64,000 bases of DNA from an uncultured Eubacteriales bacterium (GCA_949840345.1 CATKWX010000002.1:39359-103358); one strand, 5' to 3'; shown: positions 30,868 through 42,095, numbered from the stretch's first letter. The notes: generated by a model not told the origin, from the letters alone. Made by a program: numbers and translations.

Positions 30868-30974
30868 TTGCATTTTTAAAATAATTATAGTAAAATAATT
30901 ATAGCAAATTTGCAGTATGTTACGCAAAAAATACGCAAAAAGAAGACTAGGAAATGCCATTCCTAGTCTTTTTT
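30868..30974 (+). ncRNA. Putative antitoxin RNA (RNA II-like) with promoter and terminator
   Basis: TTGCAT-N17-TAAAAT; carries AGTATGTTACGCA and AATACGC, repeated in the start region of the opposite-strand peptide gene; ends in a hairpin. Confidence 0.6.
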
Positions 30975-30980
30975 AGTTTA

Positions 30981-31049
30981 TTAGTCTTTTTTATCATCAA
31001 TTATGAAATAGATAATAATAAGTGCTAACATCTTTAGTATGTTACGCAT
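30981..31049 (-). CDS. Putative type I toxin peptide, 22 aa (MRNILKMLALIIIYFIIDDKKD)
   Basis: AGAAAGGAGG RBS, hydrophobic core with charged tail, own TTGACA promoter near 31117-31122. Confidence 0.65.
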   Translation of the reverse strand: MRNILKMLALIIIYFIIDDKKD

Positions 31050-31239
31050 TATGTAATACGCCTCCTTTCTACCTTTTGGCGAAAGGTTTTAATAATATAT
31101 CATTTCAAAGATAAATTGTCAATATGTAAAACATATAAAACAATTGAAAATAGAAACAAAAAATTTTTTTCTAAAAGCATTCCTATTTTAAATAATATAT
31201 GATAGAATAGAAAAAAACAAAAAGGAGAGTGTAAAATTA

Positions 31240-31947
31240 ATGTCAGACATAGCATATAAACGTATTTTATTAAAACTAAGTGGAGAGGCACTATCTGGTA
31301 CTAGAGGAAATGGTATAGACGTAGATACATTAGGAAAAATTTGTGATGAAATCAAAACAATAGTAGATATGGGAGTTGAAGTATCTATAGTTGTTGGAGG
31401 AGGAAATTTCTGGAGAGGTAGATATGGACACCAAATGGAGAGAACAACTTCAGACTATATGGGAATGCTTGCAACAACAATAAATGGATTAGCATTGCAA
31501 GATGCACTAGAAGCAAGAGGTATAAGAACAAGATTACAAACAGCAATTGAAATGAGACAAATTGCAGAACCATATATAAAAAGAAAAGCAATAAAACATT
31601 TAGAAAACAAAAGAGTTGTTATATTCGCTTGTGGAACTGGAAATCCATATTTTTCAACAGATACAGGAGCAGCTCTAAGAGCAGCAGAAACAGATGCAGA
31701 AGTAATATTACTTGCAAAAACAATTGACGGAGTATATTCTGCAGACCCTAAAGTAGATTCAAGTGCTGTAAAATATGATGAAATATCATATTTAGATATA
31801 CTAAATAAAGATTTAAAAGTAATGGATTCAACAGCAACATCACTATGTAAAGACAATAATATTCCACTTATAGTTTTTGGTATAAATGAGCCAGATAATA
31901 TAGTAAAAATTATAAAAGGCGAAAGAATAGGTACAATAGTAAAATAA
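31240..31947 (+). CDS. pyrH: UMP kinase
   Basis: [38 protein letters not shown]. Confidence 0.97.
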   Translation: MSDIAYKRILLKLSGEALSGTRGNGIDVDTLGKICDEIKTIVDMGVEVSIVVGGGNFWRGRYGHQMERTTSDYMGMLATTINGLALQDALEARGIRTRLQTAIEMRQIAEPYIKRKAIKHLENKRVVIFACGTGNPYFSTDTGAALRAAETDAEVILLAKTIDGVYSADPKVDSSAVKYDEISYLDILNKDLKVMDSTATSLCKDNNIPLIVFGINEPDNIVKIIKGERIGTIVK

Positions 31948-31968
31948 AATTTTAGGAGGTAAATTTTT

Positions 31969-32520
31969 ATGGCAGATTATAGTAAAATTGAAGAGAAAAT
32001 GAAAAAGACAATAGAGGCTTTACAAACAAATTATTCAGAAATAAGAGCAGGTAGAGCAAATCCAGCAATATTAAACAAGGTAAAAATAGACTATTATGGA
32101 GTTCCAACTCCAGTAAGTCAAGTTGCTGGAATTTCTGTTCCAGAAGCAAGATTAATAGTAATTCAACCATGGGATGTAAGTGTATTAAAAGAAATTGAAA
32201 AAGCAATATTAACTTCAGATATAGGAATAAACCCTAATAATGATGGAAAAGTTATACGTTTATCTTTCCCTGAGCTAAATGAAGAAAGAAGAAAAGAAAT
32301 AGTAAAAGATGTAAAAAAACTTGCGGAAGAATCAAAAGTTGCAATACGTAATGCTAGAAGAGATGGAATAGACGAATACAAAGCATTACAAAAAGATAAT
32401 GCAATTTCTGAAGATGAATTAAGAAATGCCGAAGATGATATTCAAAAATTAACAGATAAATATGTAGCAGAAATAGATAAGGTAGCTATTGATAAAGAAA
32501 AAGAAGTTATGTCTGTGTAG
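31969..32520 (+). CDS. frr: Ribosome recycling factor
   Basis: IRAGRANPAIL, DYYGVPTP, ELNEERRKE. Confidence 0.97.
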   Translation: MADYSKIEEKMKKTIEALQTNYSEIRAGRANPAILNKVKIDYYGVPTPVSQVAGISVPEARLIVIQPWDVSVLKEIEKAILTSDIGINPNNDGKVIRLSFPELNEERRKEIVKDVKKLAEESKVAIRNARRDGIDEYKALQKDNAISEDELRNAEDDIQKLTDKYVAEIDKVAIDKEKEVMSV

Positions 32521-32636
32521 AAGTTAAAAAAATAATTAGTAGACATCACTGTGACCAATTTAATGAATATTCCAACGTAGGGGCGAGCATTGCTCGTCCG
32601 TGGTTCGAAGAAATATCTAAAAAGGAGAAATTATAT

Positions 32637-33386
32637 ATGGATATAGATATGAATAATTTGCCAAAACATATTGCAATTATTATGGATGGAAATAGAAGAT
32701 GGGCAAAGGATAGAGGACTAACAACAAAAGAAGGTCATAAAGCAGGCTCAAAGAATTTAGAAAATATTGCTTCTTTTTGCAACAAGTTAGGAATAAAATA
32801 TTTAACAGTATATGCTTTCTCTACTGAAAATTGGAAAAGAAGCGCAGAAGAAGTTGCAGCTTTAATGTTAATAATGAAGGCTAATATGGATGCTTTTTCA
32901 AGAAGAGTAGATACGGAAAATATAAGAATAAATGTAATAGGCGATTTAGATAATAAAGTATCACCAGCTCTTAGAAAAAGTATAGAAAAGGCAATAGAAA
33001 AAACAAAAAACAATACTGGACTTACTCTAAATATTGCATTTAATTATGGAGGGAGACTAGAATTAGTAAATGCAATGAAAAATATTGCAAAAAAAGTAAA
33101 GTCAGGAGAATTAGATATAGACGCAATAAATGAAGATACAATAAGTAATAATATATATACAGCAGGTATGCCAGATCCGGATTTATTAATAAGAACAAGT
33201 AAAGAGCTAAGAACAAGCGGATTTTTACCTTGGCAATTAGTATATACAGAATTTTACTTTCCAGATATACATTGGCCAGCATTTGATGAAAAAGAATTAA
33301 CAAAAGCTATAGAAGTATATCAAAGTAGAAACAGAAGATTTGGAGGAAGACCAGACGAAAAACAAATTGAAAATAAAGTAGGATAA
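32637..33386 (+). CDS. uppS: Undecaprenyl diphosphate synthase
   Basis: HIAIIMDGNRRWA, YAFSTENWKR, NYGGR, PDPDLLIRTS. Confidence 0.96.
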   Translation: MDIDMNNLPKHIAIIMDGNRRWAKDRGLTTKEGHKAGSKNLENIASFCNKLGIKYLTVYAFSTENWKRSAEEVAALMLIMKANMDAFSRRVDTENIRINVIGDLDNKVSPALRKSIEKAIEKTKNNTGLTLNIAFNYGGRLELVNAMKNIAKKVKSGELDIDAINEDTISNNIYTAGMPDPDLLIRTSKELRTSGFLPWQLVYTEFYFPDIHWPAFDEKELTKAIEVYQSRNRRFGGRPDEKQIENKVG

Positions 33387-33468
33387 AATATTAAATATAA
33401 GAGTTGTAGGGGCGATTTTAATCGCCCGTATGATTGTCCGAAAATAATATAGGAAAGGAATTTGATAT

Positions 33469-34266
33469 ATGAGTAGAATTATATCTGCATTGATATTATT
33501 TCCATTAGTAGTTGTATTGCTAATTTTTGGGAATGTGTATGTTATAGATGCTGCATTTAGTATAGTAGCGCTATTGGCTATGAATGAATTCTTTAATGCA
33601 TTTAAAGAAAAAGCAAATCCAGTAAAGTGGATAGGATATGTTGCTTGTTTATTAATAGCTTTTATACATATAATTCCAGTAGGAAAAGTAGTAACAATAA
33701 TTGGAATTGGAATGCCAACAGTACTTTTAATATTATTTGCACAAGTAATTATAACAAATATGAAAACTACATTTAATGATATAGCAATAACGTTTTTTGG
33801 AATATGCTATATTGTAGGGTTTATAATGTTCTTACCATTGTTAATGGGTGCAAAAGATGGCAAAGTATTAATATGGTATATTGTATTTTTTGCTTGGGGT
33901 ACAGATGTTTTTGCATACATAGTTGGTAGACTTATTGGAAAACATAAATTTAGTAAAGTTAGTCCAAATAAATCTATTGAAGGATGCATCGGTGGTGCGC
34001 TGGGTGCAATTGCTTTAGCACTAATATATACAGTTGTGGTAAATAAATATTTTAGTGGAAACATATCATATATCGAAATATCAGCAATATCATTTGCGTT
34101 AAGTATTATAGGTCAAATAGGAGATTTTGCAGCATCAAGTATAAAAAGATATGTGAATATAAAGGATTTTAGTAATTTAATACCAGGACATGGGGGAATG
34201 CTAGATAGGATAGATAGTGTAATATTTATTGCACCTTTTGCATATTTTTTATTAACAATAATTTAA
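33469..34266 (+). CDS. cdsA: Phosphatidate cytidylyltransferase
   Basis: SPNKSIEG, GDFAASSIKR...KDFSNLIPGHGGMLDRIDS. Confidence 0.96.
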   Translation: MSRIISALILFPLVVVLLIFGNVYVIDAAFSIVALLAMNEFFNAFKEKANPVKWIGYVACLLIAFIHIIPVGKVVTIIGIGMPTVLLILFAQVIITNMKTTFNDIAITFFGICYIVGFIMFLPLLMGAKDGKVLIWYIVFFAWGTDVFAYIVGRLIGKHKFSKVSPNKSIEGCIGGALGAIALALIYTVVVNKYFSGNISYIEISAISFALSIIGQIGDFAASSIKRYVNIKDFSNLIPGHGGMLDRIDSVIFIAPFAYFLLTII

Positions 34267-34285
34267 TATTAATTTTACGATTTTT

Positions 34286-34425
34286 ACAAATAATTATAAT
34301 ATTTTTTATTCCGTTCTCCAAGGCGTTTAAGACAACGACTATTCAAGTTATTGAGACACACTCTACTTGGTTTAAAGACATAGCGACTCAGGGTCGAACT
34401 CGTAAAAAATATTATAATTATTTGT
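34286..34425. repeat. Structured intergenic element, copy 2 of 3
   Basis: Same core as 15630-15778 with a different but still complementary closing stem. Confidence 0.85.
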
Positions 34426-34516
34426 TGTTAATAAAATATTTCAAATAATATTGTAAATGATTTTAAGGGATCGTAGGGGCGAGCATTGCTCGTCCGTTTA
34501 AAAATAGGAGGAAAAA

Positions 34517-35534
34517 TTGATATCTTTTTTATTAAATGCGATTAAAATAATATTTTTATTAGGCTTTTTGGTATTAATCCATGAAGGTGGTCATTTTATA
34601 GTTGCAAAGTTGTGTAAGGTAAGGGTTAATGAATTTGCAATTGGTTTTGGACCTACAATATGGAAAAAACAAGGGAAAGAAACTAAATATGCATTGAGGT
34701 TAATTCCTTTAGGTGGATTTGTAAGTATGGAGGGGGAAGAAGAGCGTTCTGAAAAAGAAGGTTCTTTTAGCAAAGCAAGTATTCCAAAAAGAATTGCAAT
34801 AGTAGCAGCAGGAGGCTTAGTAAATATATTATTTGGACTAATTGTATATTTTACAATAGTATCAATAAATGGAAATAATGTATCAACGACCATAGAAGCT
34901 GTACAAAATATTGAAAATGCACAAGTTAGTCAAATTCAAGCAGGAGACGAAATTGTAAAAGTAAACGGAAAGAAAGTAAGAAATATTCAAAACATATATA
35001 AACAAATAAATAAATCAAAAGGTGCAGAAATAGAACTAACAATAAATAGAAATGGGCAGACAAAAAATATACTTGTAACTCTAATGCAAGATGAAAAAAC
35101 AAAAGGTTATTATATAGGAATAATATTAAAACAAGCCGAGAATAATTTCGCAAATAATATATATTATGGATTTTGGGATACAGTAGACTTTTCTGTATCT
35201 ATAATAGATAATTTAAAATTACTATTCACAGGTAAAGTACAATCAAATCAACTAATGGGACCTGTTCGGAATATCTCAAGTGGTTTCAAAAACAAATGGA
35301 GCACAAGAATATATTTATATGTTAGCACTAATTTCTTTATCATTAGGTGTAACAAACCTTTTAATTTTTCCACCATTAGATGGAGGAAAAATACTATTTT
35401 TAATAATAGAAGGAATAAGAAAAAAGCCAATGAATCAAGAGTTAGAACTAAAAATACAAATGTTAGGATTTGCTCTTTTAATAACATTATCACTATATGT
35501 AACATTTAACGATGTAACAAGAATAGTACATTAA
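34517..35534 (+). CDS. rseP: Site-2 (M50) protease RseP/RasP; about 338 aa after a +1 shift at CGG 35267
   Basis: HEGGH, PLGGFVSM, PDZ domain; skipping the C gives GPVGI and joins the frame holding NLLIFPPLDGGK. Confidence 0.92.
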
Positions 35535-35595
35535 TTAAATTTTAGGAATATGGGACACACTTGAAACAAATAAGTGTGTCCCATATTCCTAAATT

Positions 35596-35820
35596 TTAAT
35601 TAACGTAAATATCAATATATTTTGCATCTTCCTTACGTATTGCAATTAATGAGCCTCGTATATCATAAGCTGTGGGGTCTCCTGAAGGACTTTTAAGTAC
35701 AGCTTTTATAGGCGTATTTTTAATTATGCCTAAGTCTAATAATCTTCTTCTAATATTTCCATCACAATGTAAATTTTCTACAATTCCTATAGTGTTTATA
35801 GGTAATTCATTTAAAGTCAT
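35596..35820 (-). CDS. feoA: FeoA domain protein
   Basis: RRRLLDLGII...SPSGDPTAYDIRGSLIAIRKEDA. Confidence 0.88.
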   Translation of the reverse strand: MTLNELPINTIGIVENLHCDGNIRRRLLDLGIIKNTPIKAVLKSPSGDPTAYDIRGSLIAIRKEDAKYIDIYVN

Positions 35821-35948
35821 CAAAAATACCTCCTATAATTAATATATGTACAAGAGTAAGAAGTTGTGTCGAATTTATATATAACATTGACAAAAACTCC
35901 TATAATTGTGTATAATACAAAAAAACATTAAAAAGGAGAAGATATAAT

Positions 35949-36410
35949 ATGGAAAAATTAAGAGGATTTGAAGTAGCAAAAGGATATGAGCAAAGTAATA
36001 TAACAATGCCAGAGAGAAAAACAAAATATTCTGCAGGATATGATGTATGTGCAGCAGAAGATATAGTAATAGCGCCATTTAAACCAGGGGATAAACCAAC
36101 ACTTGTAAAAACAGGAATAAAAGCTTATATGCAAGAGGATGAATATTTAATGTTATGTAACAGAAGTTCTAACCCTGGAAAAAAAGGATTAATTTTAGCA
36201 AATAGTGTGGGTATAGTAGACGCAGATTACTACGGAAATCCGGATAACGACGGACTTATTATGTATGCTTTTTATAATGTAAAAAGTGAACCTGTTGAGA
36301 TAAAAAAAGGAGATATAATAGGACAAGCAATTTTTCAAAAATTTTTTATAAGTGACAACGATACCGCGGAAGGCTTGAGAACAGGTGGATTTGGGTCTAC
36401 TAATAAATAA
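35949..36410 (+). CDS. dut: dUTP diphosphatase
   Basis: SAGYD, RSS, GIVDADYY, RTGGFGST. Confidence 0.95.
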   Translation: MEKLRGFEVAKGYEQSNITMPERKTKYSAGYDVCAAEDIVIAPFKPGDKPTLVKTGIKAYMQEDEYLMLCNRSSNPGKKGLILANSVGIVDADYYGNPDNDGLIMYAFYNVKSEPVEIKKGDIIGQAIFQKFFISDNDTAEGLRTGGFGSTNK

Positions 36411-36516
36411 AAACAGAAAAAATTTACCAAATTTCGTATTTACTTTTGGTAAAATTTGTAGTATACTATATATTGTCAATGGTACTTAAAAACATACGGA
36501 AAGGAATGATTAAACA

Positions 36517-37113
36517 ATGTTTAATGTTGGTGATAAAGTAGTATACCCAATGCACGGAGCAGGAACAATAGAAGCGATAGAGGAAAAAGATATATTAGGA
36601 GAGAAACAAGCTTATTACATAATTAAAATGCCAGGAGAAGTAAAATGTATGGTACCTACAGCTAAGGCAGAAGAAATTGGTGTAAGAGATATTATAGATA
36701 AAGAAACTGCAGGAAAAGTTTTTAAAGTATTAGAACAAGAAAGCACAGAAATGTCAATGAACTGGAACAAAAGATATAGAGACAATATGGATAAAATGAA
36801 AAGTGGAAATGCATATGAAATAGCAGATGTTGTTAGAAACTTAAGTTTTAAACAAAAAGAAAAGGGATTATCAACAGGAGAAAAGAAGATGCTATTAAAT
36901 GCAAAACAAATATTAGTAAGTGAACTAACACTTGCAGAACACGCATCAAAGGATGAGGTTGAAGAATTAGTAGAAAATACAATAAACACATCATATGGAG
37001 AATATTGCAAAACTCCAATACCAAATAATATTGTAAAGAAATTCATTTCTTATGGAGATGTAATAGACGTAGGAGATGCAGACGAAGACTTCGGTGGAAC
37101 AGACGAATTATAA
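36517..37113 (+). CDS. carD: CarD family transcriptional regulator
   Basis: FNVGDKVVYPMHGAG, NWNKRYR, LSTGEKKML. Confidence 0.93.
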   Translation: MFNVGDKVVYPMHGAGTIEAIEEKDILGEKQAYYIIKMPGEVKCMVPTAKAEEIGVRDIIDKETAGKVFKVLEQESTEMSMNWNKRYRDNMDKMKSGNAYEIADVVRNLSFKQKEKGLSTGEKKMLLNAKQILVSELTLAEHASKDEVEELVENTINTSYGEYCKTPIPNNIVKKFISYGDVIDVGDADEDFGGTDEL

Positions 37114-37122
37114 TTTGTATAT

Positions 37123-37273
37123 GTAGGGGCGATTTTAATCGCCCGTTTTTTTGTTGCATAGGAAAAATCAATTTTTTCGTTGATATAATGAACACTGTAG
37201 GGGCACGCCATCGGCATGCCCCTACAAAAAATATATTGCAAACGTTGTAGGGGTCGACGCCCTCGTCGACCCG
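37123..37273. repeat. Cluster of three REP-like hairpins
   Basis: GTAGGGGCGATTTTAATCGCCCG; GTAGGGGCACGCCATCGGCATGCCCCTAC; GTAGGGGTCGACGCCCTCGTCGACCCG. Confidence 0.8.
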
Positions 37274-37406
37274 TGTGGCTAAGCCACTTTTTTTAACCCC
37301 ACATATTAACATAAAATATATCTTTTTAAATTATTTTTGTATATAAAAGAAGGATTTAAAGCTTAGCTGTCGAATAATATAATTATGTAAAAGAAAGGTG
37401 CAAAAA

Positions 37407-39191
37407 ATGGTGCGTTATAGTGATGAATTAATAGAAGAAGTAAGAAATAGCAATGATATAGTAGATATAATATCACAATATGTAGTATTAAAAAGAAGTG
37501 GTAGAAACTTTTTTGGATTATGTCCATTCCATAAAGAAAAGTCACCTTCTTTTTCTGTTTCTCCAGATAAACAGATATTTCATTGCTTTGGTTGTGGCGC
37601 AGGTGGAAATGTAATACACTTTGTTCAAAAAATTGAAAATATAGATTTTAGGGAAACTATGGAAATGCTTGCAGAAAGAGCAAACATACAATTACCAACA
37701 ATAGAAAATTCTATGGAAGATAAAATGCAATTATTGAAGAAAAAAGTGTATGAAATAAACGAAAAAGCGGCTATTTTTTATCACGAAAATTTATACAAAG
37801 AAACATCAATTCAAGCACAAGAATATATAAAAAAAAGAAAATTAGACAATAAAACACTAAAGTCGTTTAAAATAGGATATTCAGGAAATTATAATGAATT
37901 ATATACGTATTTAAAGAAAGAAGGCTATACAGACGAAGAAATAATAGCATCAACCTTAGTAGTAAAAAATGATAATGGAACATACGTAGATAGATTTAGA
38001 AAAAGATTAATGATACCAATATTTGATGTAAGAAATAGAGCAATAGCATTTGGAGGTAGAGTTCTAGACGATAGTTTACCAAAATATATTAATTCACCAG
38101 AGAGTATAGTTTATAGCAAAGGAAGAAATTTATTTGCACTAAATATTGCAAAAAATTCTAATCCGCAAAAGCTTATAATTGTAGAAGGATATATGGATGC
38201 AATTTCTTTATATCAAAGAGGAATAAACAATGTTGTAGCATCACTTGGAACAGCTCTAACAGAGGCACAGGGAAGGCTACTTAGAAAATATTCAGAAAAA
38301 GTAATAATTTCGTATGATTCTGATGGGGCAGGACAAGCAGCAACACTTCGTGGGCTAGAAATATTAAAAGCAATTGGATGCGATGTAAGGATACTCCAAA
38401 TGGATGGTGCAAAAGACCCAGATGAATATGTTATAAAATATGGAAGTGGAAGATTTAATTTACTAGTAGAAAACGCAATATCTTTGGTAGAATTTAGAGT
38501 TAAAGTATTAAAAAATCAGTTAGATATAACAAATACTAATGACAAAATAAAATTTCTAAATGAAATATCGAAAATATTAACTTCAGTAGATAGCGATATA
38601 GAAAAAGAAGTATATATTGATAAAATATCTTCAGAGTACAATATATCTAAAGAAGCAATATACGCACAAATAAATAAAATTAACTATTCGCAAAATCAAG
38701 GTAGTAAAATTCTAGAAAGAAACTTCCATGTGAAGCGACAAGAAAAAAATGAACTAGATGTGCAAACTTTAGTAAAAAGAGAAAATATGATTATATCACT
38801 TCTAATCAACGTTGGAAAAGATGTATATATCCAAATAAAAGATGTAATAAAACCAGAAGATTTTAAAAAAGAAGAAAATAGAAAAATAGCGACAAAAATG
38901 TATGAAGAATATAAAAACGGAAATAGTAATATAAATAATATATTGGATTTGTTTAAAAATGACGAAACAATAATAAATTATATTACTGGAATAATGGCAA
39001 CAGACTATGGAATTACAGATGTAAGTAAATCTATAAAAGATATAGTACATATTTATGAAAAAGAAAAATTAACAAACAGAAAAAATCAGATAATGAAGAA
39101 ATTAGATGAAAAAAACTTAAATTCACAAGATAAATCAAATTTAGAAAAGGAATTAAGCAATGTGATTATAGAGCTTGCAAGGATTAAGTAA
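37407..39191 (+). CDS. dnaG: DNA primase
   Basis: CPFHKEKSPSF zinc finger, KYINSPE, VEGYMD, YDSDGAG TOPRIM, KDPDE. Confidence 0.97.
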   Translation: MVRYSDELIEEVRNSNDIVDIISQYVVLKRSGRNFFGLCPFHKEKSPSFSVSPDKQIFHCFGCGAGGNVIHFVQKIENIDFRETMEMLAERANIQLPTIENSMEDKMQLLKKKVYEINEKAAIFYHENLYKETSIQAQEYIKKRKLDNKTLKSFKIGYSGNYNELYTYLKKEGYTDEEIIASTLVVKNDNGTYVDRFRKRLMIPIFDVRNRAIAFGGRVLDDSLPKYINSPESIVYSKGRNLFALNIAKNSNPQKLIIVEGYMDAISLYQRGINNVVASLGTALTEAQGRLLRKYSEKVIISYDSDGAGQAATLRGLEILKAIGCDVRILQMDGAKDPDEYVIKYGSGRFNLLVENAISLVEFRVKVLKNQLDITNTNDKIKFLNEISKILTSVDSDIEKEVYIDKISSEYNISKEAIYAQINKINYSQNQGSKILERNFHVKRQEKNELDVQTLVKRENMIISLLINVGKDVYIQIKDVIKPEDFKKEENRKIATKMYEEYKNGNSNINNILDLFKNDETIINYITGIMATDYGITDVSKSIKDIVHIYEKEKLTNRKNQIMKKLDEKNLNSQDKSNLEKELSNVIIELARIK

Positions 39192-39217
39192 TATATCGAA
39201 AGGTAAGGTGTTAAAAA

Positions 39218-40564
39218 ATGCCAAGAGCAAAAAAAGAAGAACTAAAACTAGCAGAAGAAAATGTAGAAGAAAAAGCAAAAAAAACCACAAAAACTAAAAA
39301 GAAGGAAGTAGAAAAAATAGAAGAGACACCTAAAAAATTAGCAAAAACTGAAGTACAAAAAGAAAAAGTAGAAATTGCAAAAGAAGAAGTAAAAAAACAA
39401 GTAAAAGCTAATAAAACAAAAAAGGAAAAAGCAAAAGAAGTTACAGATGAGCATTCGAAAGAACAACCCAAGGAAGAACAAACAAAAGAAGAAGAAGCTA
39501 ACGAAAAAGTAAGAGAGATATTAAAAAAGGCTAAAGAAAAGGGACAAATAACTTATGGTGAGTTAGCAAGTGAATTAGGAGATGCAAACTTAGAGCAAAT
39601 AGATAAAGTTTTTGATGCTTTTGAGGAAATTGGTGTAGATGTATTAAAAGACGATGATTTAGAAGAACCAGATTTGGAAGATTTAGAAGAAGTAGAGCCT
39701 GTTGAAGATATAGACTTAATGAATTTCGATGGAGTAAATGTAGATGACCCAGTAAGAATGTATTTAAGAGAAATTGGAAAAATACCATTATTAACATTTG
39801 AAGAAGAATTAGATTTAGCAAAAAGAATGTTAGAAGGAGACGAAGAAGCAAAACAAAAATTATCTGAATCTAACCTAAGACTTGTTGTAAGTATAGCAAA
39901 AAAATATGTTGGAAGAGGAATGCTTTTCTTAGACTTAATTCAAGAGGGAAATATGGGTCTAATAAAGGCTGTTGAAAAATTTGACTATACAAAGGGATAC
40001 AAATTTAGTACTTATGCTACATGGTGGATAAGACAAGCTATAACAAGAGCCATAGCAGATCAAGCAAGAACAATAAGAATACCAGTTCATATGGTAGAAA
40101 CAATAAATAAATTAATAAGAACATCAAGACACTTATTACAACAATTAGGAAGAGAACCAACGCCAGATGAAATTGCTAAGGAAATGGATATAAGTGTAGA
40201 AAAAGTAATGGAAATACAAAAAATTGCACAAGATCCAGTATCACTTGAAACTCCGATAGGAGAAGAAGACGATAGCCATTTAGGAGACTTTATTCAAGAT
40301 GATGACTCACCGGCTCCTCACGATTCAGCAGCATACACGCTTTTAAAGGAACAATTAGAAGAGGTTATGCAAACTCTAACAGCAAGAGAAGCAAAGGTAT
40401 TAAAATTAAGATTTGGGCTAGAAGATGGGAAAGCAAGGACACTAGAAGAAGTTGGAAAAGAATTTATGGTAACACGTGAGAGAATAAGACAAATAGAAGC
40501 AAAAGCATTAAGAAAATTAAGACATCCAAGTAGAAGTAAAAAGCTAAAAGATTATATGAGTTAA
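39218..40564 (+). CDS. sigA: Primary sigma factor SigA/RpoD
   Basis: [52 protein letters not shown]. Confidence 0.98.
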   Translation: MPRAKKEELKLAEENVEEKAKKTTKTKKKEVEKIEETPKKLAKTEVQKEKVEIAKEEVKKQVKANKTKKEKAKEVTDEHSKEQPKEEQTKEEEANEKVREILKKAKEKGQITYGELASELGDANLEQIDKVFDAFEEIGVDVLKDDDLEEPDLEDLEEVEPVEDIDLMNFDGVNVDDPVRMYLREIGKIPLLTFEEELDLAKRMLEGDEEAKQKLSESNLRLVVSIAKKYVGRGMLFLDLIQEGNMGLIKAVEKFDYTKGYKFSTYATWWIRQAITRAIADQARTIRIPVHMVETINKLIRTSRHLLQQLGREPTPDEIAKEMDISVEKVMEIQKIAQDPVSLETPIGEEDDSHLGDFIQDDDSPAPHDSAAYTLLKEQLEEVMQTLTAREAKVLKLRFGLEDGKARTLEEVGKEFMVTRERIRQIEAKALRKLRHPSRSKKLKDYMS

Positions 40565-40654
40565 CAAAAATTGCCTTAAAAGCTTGATTTTTCTAATAAA
40601 AAATGTTATAATCGTAATAGATTGTAACATTTTTTAAAAGAGAGGTTATAAAAA

Positions 40655-40990
40655 ATGAAAATAGAAAAAGAAATGGAAGAAAAAAAAGGAATTTTTAGAA
40701 GACTTTTGGAATGCCTAAAAACTTCATTGGAATGGCTAAAAACTTCAGATGAATATGAAATAGAAGATGGAGAAATAAATATAAAAGCTTTTAAAGGGGA
40801 AGATAAGAAAATTATTGATGCATTAAATGGAACAGCAAAAAGAGTAGACCATACAGCTTCTACTACATTTACAGATAAAACTGAGAAGAGAGCCGCAACT
40901 ATAAAAGGAATGAAAGCAGAAGTAGAAACTCCAGATATGAAAGAAAAAGGCAAGAAAAATCAAATAATAGAAAATTATTTAGAGCAATAA
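40655..40990 (+). CDS. Hypothetical protein
   Basis: GAGG RBS, 111-aa ORF. Confidence 0.6.
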   Translation: MKIEKEMEEKKGIFRRLLECLKTSLEWLKTSDEYEIEDGEINIKAFKGEDKKIIDALNGTAKRVDHTASTTFTDKTEKRAATIKGMKAEVETPDMKEKGKKNQIIENYLEQ

Positions 40991-41112
40991 AACACATGAA
41001 AATGTGTTTTATTTTTACCTTTGACATATTTTTAAATTTATGTTACGATAGAAAAAATGTATTTTTTTAAAATAAATGTTAATAATAAATTAACAGAAAA
41101 TGTGAGGTTTTT

Positions 41113-41253
41113 ATGGAAAAAGATATTAAAATAGTAAATGGAGATGGGTCAGATTTAGAAATATCTCCAGTATATGACCATCTAAATACAGTAAAACCCA
41201 AAGCAAAAAAAGACAAACAGGAAATAGTAATACCAGAAGAAAAGAAAAAATAA
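41113..41253 (+). CDS. Small hypothetical protein, 46 aa (MEKDIKIVNGDGSDLEISPVYDHL...)
   Basis: GAGG RBS; upstream TTGACA..TACGAT. Confidence 0.55.
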   Translation: MEKDIKIVNGDGSDLEISPVYDHLNTVKPKAKKDKQEIVIPEEKKK

Positions 41254-41460
41254 TTTGCACAAAGCATATTGTACATTGTAGGGGCACCGTTTGTGGGAAT
41301 ACCCGTTATACGAGACACCACTGTGCCCTTACCGAAAAAAATACAATTATAATGGAGGGACAATTCAACGGGTAAAATCTCATACAAAAAAATTATGCAT
41401 AATAGTTGACAAACTATAAAAAACTTATTATAATAAATAAGTCATTCAAATTAAACATAT

Positions 41461-41537
41461 GGCGGGGTAGCTCAGTTGGCTAGAGCACTTGGTTCATACC
41501 CAAGGTGTCGAGAGTTCGAATCTCCCTCCCGCTACCA
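41461..41537 (+). tRNA. tRNA-Met (CAT), elongator-like
   Basis: Cloverleaf with anticodon arm CTTGG-TTCATAC-CCAAG, T-loop TTCGAAT, encoded CCA; TTGACA..TATAAT upstream. Confidence 0.93.
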
Positions 41538-41670
41538 AACTCGCTTACGCGAGAGTTAAGAAATAAGAGTGAATAGTGAAAAGTATATTATTAGTTTAAG
41601 GGAAATACCCTAAAGCGAGTTTGTATTCTTCACTATTCACTCTTCATTATTAATTATTCATTAAACATCC

Positions 41671-41844
41671 CTATCTACTTTCTTGTCTTCCATAAAGTTT
41701 TTCATATTCTTTACATTTAATTTTATAATCTAATTGTTGAGTTAAGTACCTATAATACATATATCCTTGTTCATATTGTAGCATTGGATTAAGCACTGGG
41801 TCACTTTCCATATTCATAGTATATGGGTCAAAATCTCTATCCAT
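41671..41844 (-). CDS. Small hypothetical protein, 57 aa (MDRDFDPYTMNMESDPVLNPMLQYEQGYMYYRYL...)
   Basis: AGGAGG RBS; below the ORF-track cutoff. Confidence 0.6.
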   Translation of the reverse strand: MDRDFDPYTMNMESDPVLNPMLQYEQGYMYYRYLTQQLDYKIKCKEYEKLYGRQESR

Positions 41845-42095
41845 AAAAACCTCCTAAAAACACAATACATATATAAAATATATATGTTAAAAAATAGAAA
41901 AAATGCATAAAGTAAGGCTAATTTGTAAAAGATAATTAATAATAAAATAATCAATTAAAATTATAGAGATGGTAGGGGCGACCATTGTCGTCCGTGCTTC
42001 GAAGAATTATTACTATATTTTAGAATTATTAGTCAAAATATTGTTAATAAAAAATAGTTATGATATAATTTCTTAAAATACGAAAGAGAGGTTAA

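Noticed and set aside
41461-41537. tRNA as a frameshift suppressor linked to the CGG phenomenon
   Set aside because: It has a normal 7-nt anticodon loop with CAT and is a standard Met-type tRNA.
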